64,000 nucleotides of DNA from an uncultured SAR86 cluster bacterium. Lineage in GTDB: Bacteria; Pseudomonadota; Gammaproteobacteria; Magnimaribacterales; D2472. This document shows positions 13,308 through 23,372 of this stretch, piece after piece (the stretch's first letter is position 1; each line of letters begins with the position of its first letter). The notes under the pieces are model-generated. The model was given only the letters and a program-made list of their open reading frames with translations. It ran no database searches and had not been told where the DNA came from. The stretch spans positions 66,484 to 130,483 of the forward strand of contig CACLMT010000001.1 of assembly GCA_902608115.1 (NCBI GenBank), given 5' to 3'. Position numbers and translations under genes: made by a program.

Positions 13308-14459
13308 ATGTTAAATAGAATTAGTAGAAGCAATAAATTCTCTTTAATTTTTACCCCATTCTTATTTTTGACGCAGCCAACCCTTGCAGCATGGTATGAC
13401 ATAAACATGACTAAGGGCGTAACAACCGTTAGTAACGAGGTCTTTGATTTACACATGTTAATTTTTTGGGTATGTGTTGTTATTGGCATAGTGGTCTTTG
13501 GAGTTATGTTCTATTCAATGTTTGCTCATTCAAAGAAGAGAAATCCTAACTCGGCAACATTTCACGAAAATACAAAGCTAGAAATTGTATGGACCATTGT
13601 TCCCTTTTTAATATTGGTTTTAATGGCAATACCGGCATCAAATACACTTATGAATATTTATAAAGATGTAGAGGGTGATATTAATATTCAGGTTGTAGGC
13701 TACCAATGGAAGTGGCAATACAAATACCTAGAAGATGACATAGATTTTTTTTCAAACCTTAAGACTGATTGGGATGAAATCTATAATAAAACGCCCAAGG
13801 GAGAATTTTATCTCCAAGAAGTTGATGAGCCGGTTGTAATTCCAGTTGGGAAAAAGGTAAGATTTTTAATTACAGCAAATGATGTAATACATTCATGGTG
13901 GATGCCTGATTTTGCCATTAAACAAGATGCCATTCCTGGTTTTATAAACACTGCATGGACTGTTGTAGATAAGCCTGGAACCTATCGCGGAAAATGTACA
14001 GAGTTATGTGGAAAAAACCATGCTTTTATGCCGGTTGTTGTAAGGGTTGTATCAGACGAAGACTACAAAGAGTGGGTTAGCAATAAAAAAGCTGAGGCCT
14101 ATAGAATGTCGGAGTTAACAGAAAAAAACTGGACAGTAGAAGAGCTTAAAACTAGAGGCGAAGGAGTTTATCAAAAAAATTGTATAGCCTGTCATCAAAC
14201 AAATGGTCAGGGCATCCCTGGAATTTTTCCTCCGCTTACTGGCAGTGATGTGGTTTTGAATAACAAAGCTAAAAATATAGAGATTCTTATGGAGGGGGCC
14301 CAAGGAACCGCCATGCAATCATTTGCAAACCAGCTTTCAGAAGTTGATATGGCAGCAGTTATTACTTATACAAGATTGGCTTGGGGGAATGCCGATGATG
14401 GCAATGGAGAGATAGTTGTTCCAAAAGATATTGTTGAATATAAAAAACCAAAAGCTTAA
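13308..14459 (+). CDS. coxB: Cytochrome c oxidase (aa3-type) subunit II with a C-terminal cytochrome c domain
   Basis: Signal plus two TM helices, CuA site HSWWMPDFAIKQDAIPG..CTELCGKNHAFM, C-terminal heme c site CIACHQ. Confidence 0.95.
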   Translation: MLNRISRSNKFSLIFTPFLFLTQPTLAAWYDINMTKGVTTVSNEVFDLHMLIFWVCVVIGIVVFGVMFYSMFAHSKKRNPNSATFHENTKLEIVWTIVPFLILVLMAIPASNTLMNIYKDVEGDINIQVVGYQWKWQYKYLEDDIDFFSNLKTDWDEIYNKTPKGEFYLQEVDEPVVIPVGKKVRFLITANDVIHSWWMPDFAIKQDAIPGFINTAWTVVDKPGTYRGKCTELCGKNHAFMPVVVRVVSDEDYKEWVSNKKAEAYRMSELTEKNWTVEELKTRGEGVYQKNCIACHQTNGQGIPGIFPPLTGSDVVLNNKAKNIEILMEGAQGTAMQSFANQLSEVDMAAVITYTRLAWGNADDGNGEIVVPKDIVEYKKPKA

Positions 14460-14473
14460 CTAAAGGAAGAAAT

Positions 14474-16057
14474 ATGAGCGCAGTAATAGAATCACATGAG
14501 CAGGATCACCACCATGGTCCTCCAAAGGGAATAACAAGGTGGCTATATACTACAAACCACAAAGACATCGGTACTTTATATCTATGGCTTAGTTTTGCCA
14601 TGTTCCTGATTGGGGGCGCAATGGCATTGGTTATTAGAGCGGAACTATTTGCGCCGGGCATGCAAATTGTTGAACCAGAATTTTATAATCAAATGTTGAC
14701 TCTTCATGGTTTGATAATGGTTTTTGGGGCCGTTATGCCGGCTTTTGTTGGTTTGGCCAATTGGCAGGTACCATTGCAAGTTGGGGCACCAGATATGGCG
14801 CTACCAAGGATGAATAATTTGAGCTTTTGGATACTTCCATTTGCATTTATTGTTTTGCTTTCATCTTTATTCATGGAAGGGGGTGCACCTAACTTTGGCT
14901 GGACTTTTTATGCCCCTCTTTCAACAACATATGCACCGCCAAGTGTTACATTTTTTATTTTTTCTATTCATATTATGGGCGCCTCTTCAATTATGGGTTC
15001 TATTAATGTGATAGTAACCATTATGAATATGCGGGCCCCAGGAATGACCTTGATGAAAATGCCGCTATTTGTTTGGTCCTGGTTAATTACAGCTTATTTG
15101 CTTATAGCTGTTATGCCTGTTTTAGCCGGCGCTGTAACTATGATGCTTATGGATATTCATTTTGGAACAAGTTTTTTTAATGCTGCCGGAGGCGGGGACC
15201 CAGTTTTGTTTCAACACATTTTTTGGTTCTTTGGTCACCCAGAAGTTTATATTATGATCCTTCCGGCTTTTGGCATTACCTCTCATATTATTGAAACATT
15301 TTCTAGAAAACAGTTGTTTGGCTATACATCTATGGTATGGGCTATGACATCAATTGCTATTTTATCTTTTGTAGTATGGGCCCATCATATGTTTACAGTG
15401 GGCATGCCCCTTGCAGCTGAGTTATTTTTTATGTGGGCAACAATGTTAATAGCGGTTCCAACTGGCGTAAAAGTCTTCAATTGGATTACAACAATGTTTA
15501 AGGGCTCAATTTCATATGAAACTCCAATGTTATTTGCAATAGCTTTTGTTGTTTTATTTACAATAGGCGGCTTTTCAGGCTTGATGCTCGCAATTACTCC
15601 TGCAGATTTTCAATACCATGATACATATTTTGTAGTTGCTCATTTTCACTATGTTCTTGTTCCGGGATCAATCTTCGCAATCATGGCAGGAGTATATTTT
15701 TGGATACCTAAGTGGACAGGCAATATGTATGATGAAAGGCTTGGCCGGCTTCATTTCTGGCTATCATTTATAAGCGTTAACATAACTTTTTTCCCTCAAC
15801 ATTGGGTAGGTTTGGCAGGCATGCCCAGAAGATACCCTGATTACGCATTACAATTTGCTGACTGGAATATGGTTTCTACGGTTGGCGCTTTTATGTTTGG
15901 AGCGTCTCAAATTTTATTTTTATTTATAGTTCTTAAAACACTTATGGGAGGCAAAAAAGCTACTGCTGAGGTTTGGGAAAGCTCCAGGGGTTTAGAGTGG
16001 ACGCTTGAATCACCGCCTCCATATCATACATTTACAACACCACCAAAAGTGAACTAA
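14474..16057 (+). CDS. coxA: Cytochrome c oxidase subunit I
   Basis: 527 aa, 12-TM. Motifs GHPEVYIMILPAFG, WAHHMF and HFHYVL. Confidence 0.97.
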   Translation: MSAVIESHEQDHHHGPPKGITRWLYTTNHKDIGTLYLWLSFAMFLIGGAMALVIRAELFAPGMQIVEPEFYNQMLTLHGLIMVFGAVMPAFVGLANWQVPLQVGAPDMALPRMNNLSFWILPFAFIVLLSSLFMEGGAPNFGWTFYAPLSTTYAPPSVTFFIFSIHIMGASSIMGSINVIVTIMNMRAPGMTLMKMPLFVWSWLITAYLLIAVMPVLAGAVTMMLMDIHFGTSFFNAAGGGDPVLFQHIFWFFGHPEVYIMILPAFGITSHIIETFSRKQLFGYTSMVWAMTSIAILSFVVWAHHMFTVGMPLAAELFFMWATMLIAVPTGVKVFNWITTMFKGSISYETPMLFAIAFVVLFTIGGFSGLMLAITPADFQYHDTYFVVAHFHYVLVPGSIFAIMAGVYFWIPKWTGNMYDERLGRLHFWLSFISVNITFFPQHWVGLAGMPRRYPDYALQFADWNMVSTVGAFMFGASQILFLFIVLKTLMGGKKATAEVWESSRGLEWTLESPPPYHTFTTPPKVN

Positions 16058-16650
16058 TGAACAACAAGAGTAAAAAAACAATAAAACTTTTAAGTACTGT
16101 AGTACTGGGAATGTTTGTTTTTTCTTTTGCTCTAGTCCCCCTATATAACGTTTTTTGTGAAGTAACTGGTTTAAATGGAAAGATAGAGTTAAAGGCTACA
16201 ACAGAAAAGGGTTTAGAAAACCAAGACGGTAGAGATATTTCAATTCAATTTATTTCTCATAACAATGAAGAGATGCCATGGATCTTTAAGCCATCAGAAG
16301 ACAAAATAAAAATTAAAACTGGGAAATACCATACAGCCACCTTTTATGTAAGAAATACAACATCTAAAAGAATGGTTGCGCAAGCAATACCGAGTGTTGC
16401 GCCTTCAAATGCCGCCACCCATTTAAAAAAATTAGAATGCTTTTGTTTTGAGCAACAAGAGCTAGCTCCTGGAGAAGAAGCGCTACTCCCTGTTAAATTA
16501 TTATTTGATAACGATTTGCCCAAATCAATAAAAAACGTTGTTCTCTCATACACAATATTTGATGTAACTAATTATAAGGATGCTGAGATGAGCCAACATC
16601 AAAATTCAATCGATTACCAAGAAGATCATGTAATGGAGGCTTCGATATGA
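16057..16650 (+). CDS. ctaG: Cytochrome c oxidase assembly (copper insertion) protein CtaG/Cox11
   Basis: N-terminal anchor and CFCFEQQ copper-binding motif. Lies between subunits I and III. Confidence 0.92.
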   Translation: MNNKSKKTIKLLSTVVLGMFVFSFALVPLYNVFCEVTGLNGKIELKATTEKGLENQDGRDISIQFISHNNEEMPWIFKPSEDKIKIKTGKYHTATFYVRNTTSKRMVAQAIPSVAPSNAATHLKKLECFCFEQQELAPGEEALLPVKLLFDNDLPKSIKNVVLSYTIFDVTNYKDAEMSQHQNSIDYQEDHVMEASI

Positions 16651-17552
16651 GCTATCAAAAATATTATGTGCCTGAGTCAAGCAGGTATCCGATATTTGCA
16701 GCCATAGCATTGTTTCTTTTGGTAACAGGCGCTGCATCTACCATTAATGATTTAGGAAAGCCTGACAGTAATTCGGTATATATCCTTTATTCAGGATTTG
16801 CTGTTTTTGCAATAACTTTATTTTTTTGGTTTAGGACTGTAACTAAAGAACATTTAGTCGGTCTTGATAGCGCACAGTTAAAAAAATCATTTGTTTTTGG
16901 CATGGCTTGGTTTATTTTCTCTGAAGTCATGTTCTTTGCAGCTTTTTTTGGAGCATTGTTTTATGTAAGAAACTTTGCTGTGCCTTGGTTGGGCGGCGAG
17001 GGCGAAAAGGGATTAGCAAATATTCTATGGGAAGGTTTTGAAGCCTCATGGCCGGTCATGTCTACACCAGATCTGGGCTCTGCATTTTCTTTGCCTGAAA
17101 AGAATATGAGCTGGCCTGGATGGGGACACGCCATGGAATGGCTTCCATTATGGAATACTGTGGTGCTTTTAAGCTCAAGCGTTACTGTTCATTTTGCCCA
17201 TTTAGCCTTAAAGAATAATAACAAGAGAGTTTTTAATATCTGGTTAGGAATTACTGTAGGCTTAGCATTAACTTTTGTGGGTTTGCAGGTAGCAGAATAT
17301 TATGAAGCATACGCCCACTATGGTTTAACATTAAATTCAGGAATTTATGGTTCTACTTTTTTTATGTTGACCGGCTTTCATGGCTTTCATGTAATGATGG
17401 GGGGTTTCATGCTTTCTGTAATGTTATGTAGATCAGTTTTTTACAACCACTTTGATCCCCATGATCACTTTGGGTTTGAAGCAGCCTCATGGTATTGGCA
17501 CTTTGTTGATGTTGTTTGGGTGATGTTATTTCTTTTTGTTTATATACTTTAG
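16647..17552 (+). CDS. coxC: Cytochrome c oxidase subunit III
   Basis: 301 aa, 7-TM. Motifs GFHGFHVMMG and WYWHFVDVVW. Confidence 0.95.
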   Translation: MSYQKYYVPESSRYPIFAAIALFLLVTGAASTINDLGKPDSNSVYILYSGFAVFAITLFFWFRTVTKEHLVGLDSAQLKKSFVFGMAWFIFSEVMFFAAFFGALFYVRNFAVPWLGGEGEKGLANILWEGFEASWPVMSTPDLGSAFSLPEKNMSWPGWGHAMEWLPLWNTVVLLSSSVTVHFAHLALKNNNKRVFNIWLGITVGLALTFVGLQVAEYYEAYAHYGLTLNSGIYGSTFFMLTGFHGFHVMMGGFMLSVMLCRSVFYNHFDPHDHFGFEAASWYWHFVDVVWVMLFLFVYIL

Positions 17553-17553
17553 G

Positions 17554-17766
17554 CTAAGATCCCCAAGGGACAGAATTTCCAAGCTCCCCTGTGTACAGCC
17601 CATAAGTAACAAGTATTAAAAGCATGGCAGCTAGAGATACTCTTATTCCTAGACTATAAACAGAGCGTTTACCTGCCCCTTGATCCTTAAACAAAAAAAA
17701 TAGACTGCTTGATAAGCTTAAAAGAATTAATATAACAATTATGATAATAAGAGGTTTAACCGACAT
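17554..17766 (-). CDS. Small two-TM membrane protein (DUF2909-like) of the cox cluster
   Basis: 70 aa with two hydrophobic helices separated by KDQGAGKR. A small opposite-strand gene occupies this slot (PA0109) in the Pseudomonas aa3 cluster. Confidence 0.6.
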   Translation of the reverse strand: MSVKPLIIIIVILILLSLSSSLFFLFKDQGAGKRSVYSLGIRVSLAAMLLILVTYGLYTGELGNSVPWGS

Positions 17767-17789
17767 ACTTAAATTGTAACACCTTCGAA

Positions 17790-18494
17790 ATGAAAGAAAT
17801 GACCCTTATGAATGCAATAAAAGATAACAAATTACTTTCAATATTTTCTTTTTCTTTCATTGCAATTTTTATTTTTCTGGGAATTTGGCAGCTTGAAAGA
17901 GCAGATCAAAAAACTGTCTTAATGGAAGAATTTCAAACAAAACAAACACAGGAACCCGAACCCCTGTCTCAATCATCTTTGGAATGGAGCAGGGTATATG
18001 TTGAAGGTTTTTATGATCCAACAAGACAAATACTTATTGATAATCAAATTGACAAGAGTAAAGCTGGATATAAAATATTTACCCCTTTTTATTTAAATGA
18101 AAGAAAATTGATTATGATCGACAGAGGGTGGATTCCTCAAGGTATCACTAGGAATGATCTGCCAGATATTGCTTTTATTTCCCCAAAAATAAGAGTCGTT
18201 GGAACCCTTATTGTCCCGGAGGTAGGAGTTGTTGCTGGCGACGAATTAATTACAAATTTATGGCCAAAGGTATCTCAAACAAAATCATTGAAGACGATTT
18301 CATCTGGTTTTTCAGAAGAAATTTATAGCAAAGTTTTGGTTTTGGATCCCAATTCCAAATTTTCTGTAAAATATATTCCAACAGAGCCCTTTGCTATAAC
18401 CCCAATTAAACACTATGGTTATGCAGTGCAATGGTTTGCTATGAGTATCGTCCTGTTGGGCATGTTTTTATATGCTTTGAGGAGAGAAAGCTAG
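17790..18494 (+). CDS. SURF1 family cytochrome oxidase biogenesis protein
   Basis: N-terminal TM followed by GIWQLERADQK, a C-terminal TM with HYGYAVQWF, 234 aa. Confidence 0.88.
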   Translation: MKEMTLMNAIKDNKLLSIFSFSFIAIFIFLGIWQLERADQKTVLMEEFQTKQTQEPEPLSQSSLEWSRVYVEGFYDPTRQILIDNQIDKSKAGYKIFTPFYLNERKLIMIDRGWIPQGITRNDLPDIAFISPKIRVVGTLIVPEVGVVAGDELITNLWPKVSQTKSLKTISSGFSEEIYSKVLVLDPNSKFSVKYIPTEPFAITPIKHYGYAVQWFAMSIVLLGMFLYALRRES

Positions 18495-19034
18495 ATGAAA
18501 AATAAAACATTTTTGACAATCCTTTTAATTACACCCTTAGCAGTTCTTTTAATTTCAACTTTTTCATTTAATTCAGGCATAGGCCCAACCAACACAAAAA
18601 ATAATGGTATTTTTTTTGATGAACATTTTGATATAAATGATCTTAATTTGTTTACTCAAGCTGGTGATCTAGTTTTTAAGGATGGAAAGTGGATATTTGG
18701 TACATATTATTCAGATGAGCCCGATCTTGAGAAGGCTCTTTATTTAATGAGGCAGATCAATATTGCTCTTAATCGCGACATATATAAGTTAAAACGTGTT
18801 TTATTTATTCAGCCCACTTCTAAAGTAGAAAAAGTTTTAGCATCTTATCCTAGAACAGAAATTGTTACCGACCCCGAAGCTTCTTTTTACAAACAATTAA
18901 ATAATTTTGGCGGAGAAAATTTTTTTAAAGACCAGAAAATTTTTATTATTGACCCCTATGGAAGGGCTGTGATGTTTTTTCCGGCTTCCATGGATCCAAC
19001 GCTTATTTTAAAAGATTTAAAGGTTTTAATATGA
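18495..19034 (+). CDS. Membrane-anchored periplasmic protein of the cox cluster. Looks like a cysteine-less Sco/thioredoxin-fold paralogue
   Basis: N-terminal TM. GKWIFGTYYSDEPDLEKAL lines up with GKWTLIYFGYTRCPAECPVAM of the neighbouring SenC, and IFIIDPYGRAVMFFPASMDP with ILLINPDSKYAGFFRPPFDA. Same slot as PA0111. Confidence 0.55.
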   Translation: MKNKTFLTILLITPLAVLLISTFSFNSGIGPTNTKNNGIFFDEHFDINDLNLFTQAGDLVFKDGKWIFGTYYSDEPDLEKALYLMRQINIALNRDIYKLKRVLFIQPTSKVEKVLASYPRTEIVTDPEASFYKQLNNFGGENFFKDQKIFIIDPYGRAVMFFPASMDPTLILKDLKVLI

Positions 19035-19999
19035 ACTTAATTAAAGGGTTTTCTTTTTTTGGTTTGTGTTTTTCATTTATTGTGATTGCATTGGGTGCTT
19101 GGACAAGGTTGGTCGACGCTGGGCTAGGATGTCCAGATTGGCCAGGATGTTATGGGTTTGTAGTTTTTCCAACCTCTGAAGTTGATATAGCTTTGGCTGA
19201 ACAAAGGTACCCCAACTTTCCATATGAGATCAATAAAGTTATACCTGAAGTTATTCATAGATATTTTGCTGCAACTCTAGGTCTTATCTCTATTTTATTG
19301 GTTACATTTTCATTGAAAAATAAACTACCGTCTCAAATAAAATATATTGCTTTATTTTTGTTATTTTTTATTTGTTGCCAGGGGCTGTTTGGATATTTAA
19401 CAGTTAGCTTGAAGTTGCTCCCATTAATTGTAACCATTCATTTATTTGGTGGATTCATAACCCTGAGCTTATTTTTTTATTTATTTCTTATTTCAAGCAA
19501 TGGAATTCAGGATTATAAGATCGGTCATTTGAAGTCTCTAGCATTTATAGTTTTAGTAGCTCTTTTGGTTCAAATATTTTTAGGCGCGTGGACAAGCACA
19601 AATTATGCCTCTCTTGCTTGTACAGATTTCCCCACCTGTAAAGGATCTTTTTTTCCAAAAATGAATTTTGTTGAAGCTTTTAATTTGTTCCAAGAAGTAG
19701 GACCAAATTATTTGTATGGGTTGATTGATAATGATGCCAGAGTAACTATCCATTATTCTCATAGATTAGGCGCTTTAATATTATCGTTAATATACTTGGC
19801 CCTTATCGCGCGCTTATGGTTTTCTAATGCCGCCCCCTTAGCCTCAACACTTGGAGTCATACTTTTAACTCAAATCTCTCTCGGGGTAATGAATGTGGTA
19901 TATGCTCTGCCCTTATACATAGCCATTGGACACAATCTAGTAGCGGCCCTGTTATTGTTAGTTACGCTTATGGTTAACTTTATTGCCTGGAAGGAATGA
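19031..19999 (+). CDS. ctaA: Heme A synthase (COX15/CtaA)
   Basis: [10 protein letters not shown] motif, 8-TM profile, conserved His-containing helices. Confidence 0.9.
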   Translation: MNLIKGFSFFGLCFSFIVIALGAWTRLVDAGLGCPDWPGCYGFVVFPTSEVDIALAEQRYPNFPYEINKVIPEVIHRYFAATLGLISILLVTFSLKNKLPSQIKYIALFLLFFICCQGLFGYLTVSLKLLPLIVTIHLFGGFITLSLFFYLFLISSNGIQDYKIGHLKSLAFIVLVALLVQIFLGAWTSTNYASLACTDFPTCKGSFFPKMNFVEAFNLFQEVGPNYLYGLIDNDARVTIHYSHRLGALILSLIYLALIARLWFSNAAPLASTLGVILLTQISLGVMNVVYALPLYIAIGHNLVAALLLLVTLMVNFIAWKE

Positions 20000-20856
20000 A
20001 TATACTAAGAAGTTACTATCAGCTCTGTAAACCTAATGTGGTTTTTGTCATGCTTATAACAGCATTAGTTGGTTCTCTTTTAGCAAGCAAAACTTTAGCA
20101 CCCGTATCAGTGATTGTATTGGCAATGATTGGAATAGCTTTATGCGCATCCTCTGCGGCAGCTATTAATCAAATAATTGACAGAAAGGTTGATGCAAAAA
20201 TGGATCGGACAGAAATGCGACCAATACCTCAAGGAGAAATATCTCCATTAAACGCTTCAGTTTTTGCTTTTATTTTGGGCGCTTTAGGCACAATCATTCT
20301 TGTGCTTTATGTAAACACTCTAACAGCAACCCTTACCCTTGCATCATTAATTGGATACGCCTTTATTTATACTGTTTTTTTAAAGAGAGCAACCCCTCAA
20401 AACATTGTGATAGGCGGTCTTGCGGGGGCTGCGCCACCCTTATTGGGGTGGACGGCTGTGACGAATTCAATAGATCCCAATTCGCTATTATTGGTGTTAA
20501 TAATTTTTATTTGGACACCCCCGCATTTTTGGGCTTTAGCCATTCATAGAAAGGATGATTATGAAAAAGAAAACATCCCCATGCTTCCTGTAACCCATGG
20601 AATTCAATTTACTAAATTTCAAATTATTCTATACACAATTATTTTAATTTTAGTTAGTTTGTTACCTTTTGTAGTTTTGATGTCGGGGGTCTTTTACCTT
20701 ATTTCTGCATGTGTCCTTGGAGGTATTTTTTTGTATTACGCCATAAGACTATATTTTGATAAAAAAAATGAAACCGCTTTTCAGACTTTCGTTTATTCTA
20801 TCTACTACATTTTTTTAATATTTACTGCCTTGTTAATTGACCATTATTTGTTGTAA
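19996..20856 (+). CDS. ctaB: Protoheme IX farnesyltransferase (heme O synthase)
   Basis: UbiA-family motifs [21 protein letters not shown] and [10 protein letters not shown], 286 aa. Confidence 0.94.
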   Translation: MNILRSYYQLCKPNVVFVMLITALVGSLLASKTLAPVSVIVLAMIGIALCASSAAAINQIIDRKVDAKMDRTEMRPIPQGEISPLNASVFAFILGALGTIILVLYVNTLTATLTLASLIGYAFIYTVFLKRATPQNIVIGGLAGAAPPLLGWTAVTNSIDPNSLLLVLIIFIWTPPHFWALAIHRKDDYEKENIPMLPVTHGIQFTKFQIILYTIILILVSLLPFVVLMSGVFYLISACVLGGIFLYYAIRLYFDKKNETAFQTFVYSIYYIFLIFTALLIDHYLL

Positions 20857-20858
20857 GA

Positions 20859-21509
20859 ATGAAAAAAAATATAAAAATCTCGATACTACTAATTGTTCTT
20901 TTTATGGCTTTGGTTTTATTTATGTTTGTGAATAAAATAACCACACCAAGATATTTATCTGAATCTGAGTTGTTGGTCAATGGGTTTTATCAATTCTCAG
21001 AGCCTAAGGAGTTTTCTGATTTCAAAATTATGACTTCAGAGGATGTGGTTTTAAGCAAACAGGATCTTATAGGAAAATGGACCTTGATTTATTTTGGTTA
21101 CACTCGGTGTCCCGCCGAGTGTCCGGTTGCAATGTCGCTTATCAAAGGTCTTTACTCGACCCTTAATAGCAAAGGTCTTGATATGAAGAACAAGCAGATG
21201 CTTTTGGTTACTATAGATCCAGAAAATGATTCTGCTGAACAGGTAGACTCTTATGCAAAAGCATTTAACAAAACATTTATTGGTGCGCGAGGAGCGAGAC
21301 CCGCTCTTTTAAGCATAGCAACCCAATTTAATGTCATGGTTGTGGAACCACCCAAGATTAATACATTTAACAACATAGTGCATTTGGAAAACCATTCAAA
21401 TAATATTTTATTAATTAACCCAGATAGCAAATATGCTGGTTTTTTTAGACCGCCATTTGATGCTGAAAAATTCTTATTAATATATCAATCTTTAGTAGCA
21501 GAGCGCTAA
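20859..21509 (+). CDS. senC: SCO1/SenC copper chaperone
   Basis: N-terminal anchor, YFGYTRCPAECP (CxxxC) and a downstream His (HLENHS). Last gene of the cox cluster. Confidence 0.9.
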   Translation: MKKNIKISILLIVLFMALVLFMFVNKITTPRYLSESELLVNGFYQFSEPKEFSDFKIMTSEDVVLSKQDLIGKWTLIYFGYTRCPAECPVAMSLIKGLYSTLNSKGLDMKNKQMLLVTIDPENDSAEQVDSYAKAFNKTFIGARGARPALLSIATQFNVMVVEPPKINTFNNIVHLENHSNNILLINPDSKYAGFFRPPFDAEKFLLIYQSLVAER

Positions 21510-22384
21510 GTTTCAAGTAGAAAACTTCTTAACTGTTGAATCTCCTTCTCTGAAATATTTAAACCGCTTCTAATGTAGTTTTCTATTGAACCGTATTCAT
21601 TTTCTGCCGCCTTAAATGCGGCTTCAAGATATTCTCTTTCAACGCCAAGCAAAGGCCTTAAAAGCTCTCCGTCTGTTTGATAAAGACTCATTAGCTCTAT
21701 TTTTGAAATCATTTCATCAATTCTTTCTGCGGTGTATTCATTTGTTTTCATGTAATCGTTAATAGCATCTTCCTTGGATACTCCAATTGCTATTAAAGTA
21801 ATAGCAGCTGCAAATCCTGCCCTATCTTTTCCAGCGGTGCAGTGAAACATTGTTGGCTTTTGTTCTTTTGCTAAATCTTTTAAAAATTTACTATATATAT
21901 GACTGTAGTTTTTTATAAATTCTTCATTGGCCTCGATTAAAAAATCCTTAACATTACGATTGATTTCGCCCTTCAGAATGGCTTCAATTTTAGTTCTCAT
22001 AGCACCATCTACTTCTATGGGCATCTCTATATAGGTCATACCATCAGGAATTTTATCTGGATCTTCAGTTTTTTCGGCTTTAGATCTAAAATCTACTATT
22101 CTTTGAATACCAAGATTTTTGAGATATTTTTGATCTTCCAATGAGATATCGCTTAGCTTGTCTGAGCGAAATAAGACACCCCATTTAACCGATTTGCCAT
22201 CAGTAGTTTTGTATCCGCCTAACTCTCTAGTGTTATAGGAGCCATCCATGGAAAGCTTCCTAAACTCTTCACTTTGAAAGTTTTGATTATATGAATGAAG
22301 AGGTCTTTCCATTGAGCTTTGATTATTAGAACATTGAGTAAGAATTAAACAAAGAAGTAGAAACCCTGTTTTCTTATACATCAA
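21506..22384 (-). CDS. Protein-tyrosine phosphatase family protein (Y_phosphatase3-like), probable lipoprotein
   Basis: CX5R active site HCTAGKDRAG. N-terminal signal ending LILTQCS. Confidence 0.8.
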   Translation of the reverse strand: MMYKKTGFLLLCLILTQCSNNQSSMERPLHSYNQNFQSEEFRKLSMDGSYNTRELGGYKTTDGKSVKWGVLFRSDKLSDISLEDQKYLKNLGIQRIVDFRSKAEKTEDPDKIPDGMTYIEMPIEVDGAMRTKIEAILKGEINRNVKDFLIEANEEFIKNYSHIYSKFLKDLAKEQKPTMFHCTAGKDRAGFAAAITLIAIGVSKEDAINDYMKTNEYTAERIDEMISKIELMSLYQTDGELLRPLLGVEREYLEAAFKAAENEYGSIENYIRSGLNISEKEIQQLRSFLLET

Positions 22385-23372
22385 TAATGACCTTGCCTTT
22401 AGCTTTTCTATCTTTCAGATGAGCAATTGCTTGAGCAGAGTCTTTTAAAGAAAACCTATCTGCAATTTCCGGATTAATTTTCCCGGCTGCATATAAATCA
22501 AAAAGTTCTTCAAAGTTTTTTTTATTTTCATCCGGGAACATTGCCGTCCATGCGCCCCAAAATACACCAACTATTTGGCACCCCTTTAAAAGAGCAAGAT
22601 TTAAAGGCAGTTTAGGAATATCACCCGCAGCAAAACCTATTACAAGAAAGCGACCTTCCCAAGCCATAGCTCTTAGAGCCGGCTCGCTAAATGATCCGCC
22701 TACTGGATCATAAATAACATTTGCACCCAATCCACCAGTTAGTTCTTTAATTTTGTTGGATAGCTCTTTTTGTTGATTTCTCTCTAGGTTATTCGAGGGA
22801 TAAACAAATGCCTCATCGGCACCGTGTGCTAAACATGTTTTAGTTTTATCTTCTGAAGATGCTGCTGCTATAACCCTAGCGCCCATTACTTTACCCAACT
22901 CAACCGCTGACAATCCTACACCGCCCGCAGCCCCCAACACTAAAAGAGTTTCTCCGGGCTGGATCTGAGCTCTTTGCTTAAGAGCATATAAAGATGTCCC
23001 ATAAACCATACCAAGCCCTGCAGCAGCAGGAAAATCCATCTCTTTAGGAATTTTGTTCACACGGGCCTCTTCAACAACAAGCTTTTCAGCAAAACAACCA
23101 TTACCCGCCATTACAAATACATGATCTCCTACTTGGCATAATGTAACCCCTTCACCTATCTCTGAAATTATTCCTGAACACTCTGCTCCCGGAATAAATG
23201 GCATTGGTGGTTGAAATTGATAAAGCCCTTGAATCATTAGAACATCAGGAAAATTAACACTTGCCGCTTTAATATCTACTAAAACTTCTCCTGCTTTTGG
23301 CTTTGGATCATCGACCTCACCAAATATAAGTTTCTCTGGACCTGCTAATTCTACACATTGTAAAGCTTTCAT
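22374..23372 (-). CDS. NADPH:quinone oxidoreductase, medium-chain dehydrogenase/reductase family
   Basis: GroES-like N-domain and Rossmann motif LVLGAAGGVGLSAVELGK, 332 aa. Confidence 0.85.
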   Translation of the reverse strand: MKALQCVELAGPEKLIFGEVDDPKPKAGEVLVDIKAASVNFPDVLMIQGLYQFQPPMPFIPGAECSGIISEIGEGVTLCQVGDHVFVMAGNGCFAEKLVVEEARVNKIPKEMDFPAAAGLGMVYGTSLYALKQRAQIQPGETLLVLGAAGGVGLSAVELGKVMGARVIAAASSEDKTKTCLAHGADEAFVYPSNNLERNQQKELSNKIKELTGGLGANVIYDPVGGSFSEPALRAMAWEGRFLVIGFAAGDIPKLPLNLALLKGCQIVGVFWGAWTAMFPDENKKNFEELFDLYAAGKINPEIADRFSLKDSAQAIAHLKDRKAKGKVIIDV

